Below are positions 61,051 through 64,000 of a DNA stretch of 64,000 nt, in pieces. The stretch's first letter is position 1, and each line of letters begins with the position of its first letter. Source of the DNA: Lama glama (taxonomy: Eukaryota); NCBI GenBank assembly GCA_028534125.1, contig CM052818.1, forward strand, positions 5,954,001-6,018,000, read 5' to 3'. The notes beneath the pieces were generated by a model. The model saw only the letters and a program-made list of their open reading frames with translations, was not told the origin of the DNA and searched no databases. Position numbers and translations under genes: made by a program.

Positions 61051-62226
61051 TGTGAGGAAAAAAGAAGAAAGGGGAATTCTCAATTTTCCCCTTGGCTCTG
61101 AATGTCTTTCCAAACAAGATGCAATAGCAGTGTTGTTAATGGCTCCTAGAAAGTTCCTCAGAGCCCTTTAGAAATGGCTCTGGTGTTCATGTCATCCCAG
61201 GCCCCAAAGGAACGCAGCAGCTTTGTTCTTTCAAGTCACAGACCAGAGTCAGCTGGTGCGTTCATGGCCGTTCTCCATGGACACCCTGCCCGCTCACAGG
61301 CCTTCCTTCCTCCAAGCTGCTGACGGCCGGGATGTCACAGGGGAGCCCCTGCCTTCCCTACCCTCTTCCTCCCAGAGTCAAATATTTTCTTTTCCTGGGT
61401 GGAAGATAAAGGGTTGCATGGGGAGGCCTGCTCCTGGAGGATGGGGACTTGAGACGATGATTTTCTGGGAAGAAGGAGAAATACAACCCTCTGGAGGAAT
61501 GAGTGGCTTCTTGGAAGGTTCAGGGCTCTGACCAGAACTCAGTCATACCTTCTCATAATTCTTGCCTCCAGCACCAGAGCAGAGGGAGTTTGGAAGCTCT
61601 GGGGGGCCCGGAGCCAGGCCCGCCCTCCCCAGCGGGTGTGGAGAGCAGCGTGCACCCTCACGTCCGTGGGCGCGACTCTGAGTGTCAGCCTCCCAAGGCC
61701 ACTTTTAAATCGCGCCGGCTTCGACCTGAGGGGTTTCTAGGGCACCGGGGCTGCCGGGGTGCAGCACACAGGAAACACCCACACACTTACTCATGAAATG
61801 AATGGCACACCTTGGGTACAATTTGGGAGAAGACACACGGAAAAGAGACAGAGAGACTGGGAAGGGGGCGGAGGAGGAGACGGATGGTGGGCGGGAAGGA
61901 AGGAGGAGGCCGTGGGGGTGAGGCCCAACGCAGCTTCAATTTAGCTGTTTCTCCACTCACACCTCCTGTGATTTATTATTGTTTTTGATCGGCTTAAGCT
62001 ATCTTCCCCCGAAACTGAATTCTGAGTACTTTATTTTATTTTACTTTTTCATTCTGAGTACTTTATTTTGATGAGATCTGTATTTGGAGTTTATAAATGT
62101 GAAGCTAGGAAGGTGGACACTAGACTAGGGCTCCTGGCCCAGATGGACTTGCTGAAGTTCCTTCTCTTCCCAAGTGTGGAAAGTGAGTGTCAGGGAGGGA
62201 CCAAATGTGTGACTCTAAGGTCAGGT

Positions 62227-62486
62227 CACTGTTTTCAACCTGCAGGGATCCACCTCTTAGTGGGTTATGACATAAATGTAGTGGTTAGAGTCATCATTAA
62301 ATCAATGCCACAGAATAGAACACAATACTAAGAAAGACTACAATGCACAAGGTAAGGACAAATATTGTTTTGTAAGGTTCCTCTCTCTCTTGATATATGT
62401 ATGTCATATGTATAAAATGGGCCGTGATATGACACATTGATGTATTTCTTACTATGGGCCATGGTTAAACAATTTTGAAAGCTCTT
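62227..62486. mobile_element. hAT-Charlie non-autonomous element (Charlie4-like)
   Basis: cactgttttcaacctgcaggg...ttagtgggttatgacataaatgtagtgg...gtatttcttactatgggccatggttaaacaattttgaaagc. Confidence 0.55.
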
Positions 62487-62615
62487 AGAGGAGGTACCTT
62501 TTGAATAGGGGCATGAGTGAATGTACGCCATGTGTGGGATGATGGGTCAGCTCCTAAGGTCTCACTGCAGCTGGCAAAGACTAGGAAAGAGCAGAGATTA
62601 TGAGGAAAAAGTTAA

Positions 62616-62658
62616 GTGTGTGCATGTGTGTGTGCGTGCACGTGTGCGTGTGTGCGTG
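62616..62658. repeat. Imperfect (TG/CG)n alternating tract
   Basis: gtgtgtgcatgtgtgtgtgcgtgcacgtgtgcgtgtgtgcgtg. Confidence 0.85.
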
Positions 62659-62816
62659 ATAGTTTATTTACGGACTTCTTGCGGAATAAAAGGTGTACCA
62701 AGGAGTCTAGTAGACAAATACACAACACTAGTGCACATACAATGTAGAAGTAACAGCACATATATGCTTCTGGAGAACTCGATTAACCAAAGATTATACG
62801 ACAACCCCTTCAAAGG

Positions 62817-63029
62817 CATAGGTCAATAAACTACAGCCCGTGGACCAAACCCACCCACCGCCTGTCTTTGTAAATAAAGTTCTATTGGGACACCATCACG
62901 CTTGTTCCTTTACGTGCGCTATGGCTGCTTCTGCCCGACAGTGGCAGGGTTGAGCAGTCACACTGAAGACCAGAGGGCCCACAGAACCTAAAATATTTAC
63001 TTTCCGGCCCTTTACAGGGCTGACACATC
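62817..63029 (+). mobile_element. MER58A hAT-Charlie element
   Basis: aaactacagcccgtggaccaaacc...cctgtctttgtaaataaagttctattgg...cctaaaatatttactttccggccctttacag, with a degenerate 8-bp TSD ttcaaagg / ctctaagg. Confidence 0.85.
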
Positions 63030-64000
63030 CTCTAAGGTAATGCCTTGTAATTCAGAATCACAGAGGTATTCAGACCAGGGACACCCACTCGCAGTCTTCA
63101 GTCCTGCGGAGGTTCTGTGCGACACATCCCGGGAAAGCCCAGCCTGCCTCCTGACTGCAGGATCTCTGTCTGCAGGTACTGGTTCCCTTGGGCCCGCTGC
63201 ACAGCTCTAACCAGCCCTCTTTTCTGAATAGACATCGGTGCGTATTTTCTCACTTAGTTATCCATCTGCAGGGAGAAGAGGCAAAACATGACTATCTGGG
63301 CGCAGAGATGCACCCACTAAATCAGGTGAATTAAAGCTGGAGGTGTGCAGGCGAGTACTCCTGGGAGAGCAGCGAGGCAAGAGCCAGAGGGGCTGTACTG
63401 AACCTGACCCACAGCCCCCATCTCTTACCCCTCCCCAAGGGTGAGCACTGCCAGAAGAGAGATGGGGAGAGCGGAAAGAGAGAGTGCAAGTGTGTCCCCG
63501 AGGTGCGGCTTTCAAAACTGGCTATGAACTCAACAGGCTCTGAAGCTTTCTGAACCTGGACACACCAGTCATGTTTGAAAGTGCAATGGGATGTCCTCGA
63601 CTTTGCAGTTCGGCCCTCCTTTCTCACGTTTTTATTCTTTTCACTAAAGTGTTGTGTTAAATATGTCACTTGGTGGGATTGGGTTATTACCACTTTGCAG
63701 GACTTTTCAGATGAGAAAGCCCACAAATCAGAGAAAATCCTGCCAGAACATGTGCTGAAATTCCTGGTTCACAAAGTTTTGTCACCAAATCTAGAAACCA
63801 GAAGTGGGACCCACCTCCAAAATGATGGTGGGACTAAAGTTCCCTTTCCAAGTCATCAGCCTGGCCCGCCGTCCTTTGGCACAGCGCTCCTCGCCATTCT
63901 GATCCCCGTGGTTTCTAGCACCATCAGAGGCTCCCCAGCACAGGTGTCTGAGGCTAGTCATGGGGCTCCCTCACAGTGCTGCACTTGGGGATGTTGGCTG

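Noticed and set aside
1..64000. The many 60-200 aa ORFs in the six-frame track (e.g. 22623..23231, 23220..23729, 2631..3095)
   Set aside because: They show no recognisable domains, overlap on both strands, often use non-ATG starts and have random-like composition, as expected by chance in mammalian non-coding DNA. The only recognisable peptides are L1 remnants.

Overview
This is 64 kb of placental-mammal genomic DNA, not prokaryotic sequence. It contains ancient MIR, L2, hAT (MER5A, MER58A, MER94-like) and MaLR/ERVL LTR relics, plus many LINE-1 fragments. The youngest L1 3' ends are of the cetartiodactyl type. I saw no Alu, B1/B2, Bov-tA/BovB, PRE-1, CHR or Can-SINE copies, so a camelid genome is my best guess (inference). 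I could not recognise any protein-coding gene, RNA gene or processed pseudogene: the only ORF-track peptides with recognisable homology are decayed L1 ORF1/ORF2 pieces. The window looks like intergenic DNA or a large intron, with several repeat-free AT-rich blocks that resemble conserved non-coding elements or enhancers. The most notable items are (i) a ~2.4 kb L1 that retains both 5' and 3' ends but has an in-frame ORF1-to-ORF2 junction at a short duplicated motif, (ii) two very small twin-priming-type inverted L1 insertions, (iii) a candidate TATA/CCAAT promoter and three orphan candidate exons, and (iv) enhancer-like motif clusters. Repeat family names come from recalled consensus sequences, and boundaries are approximate unless a TSD is given. 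I found no convincing evidence for a new biological system.
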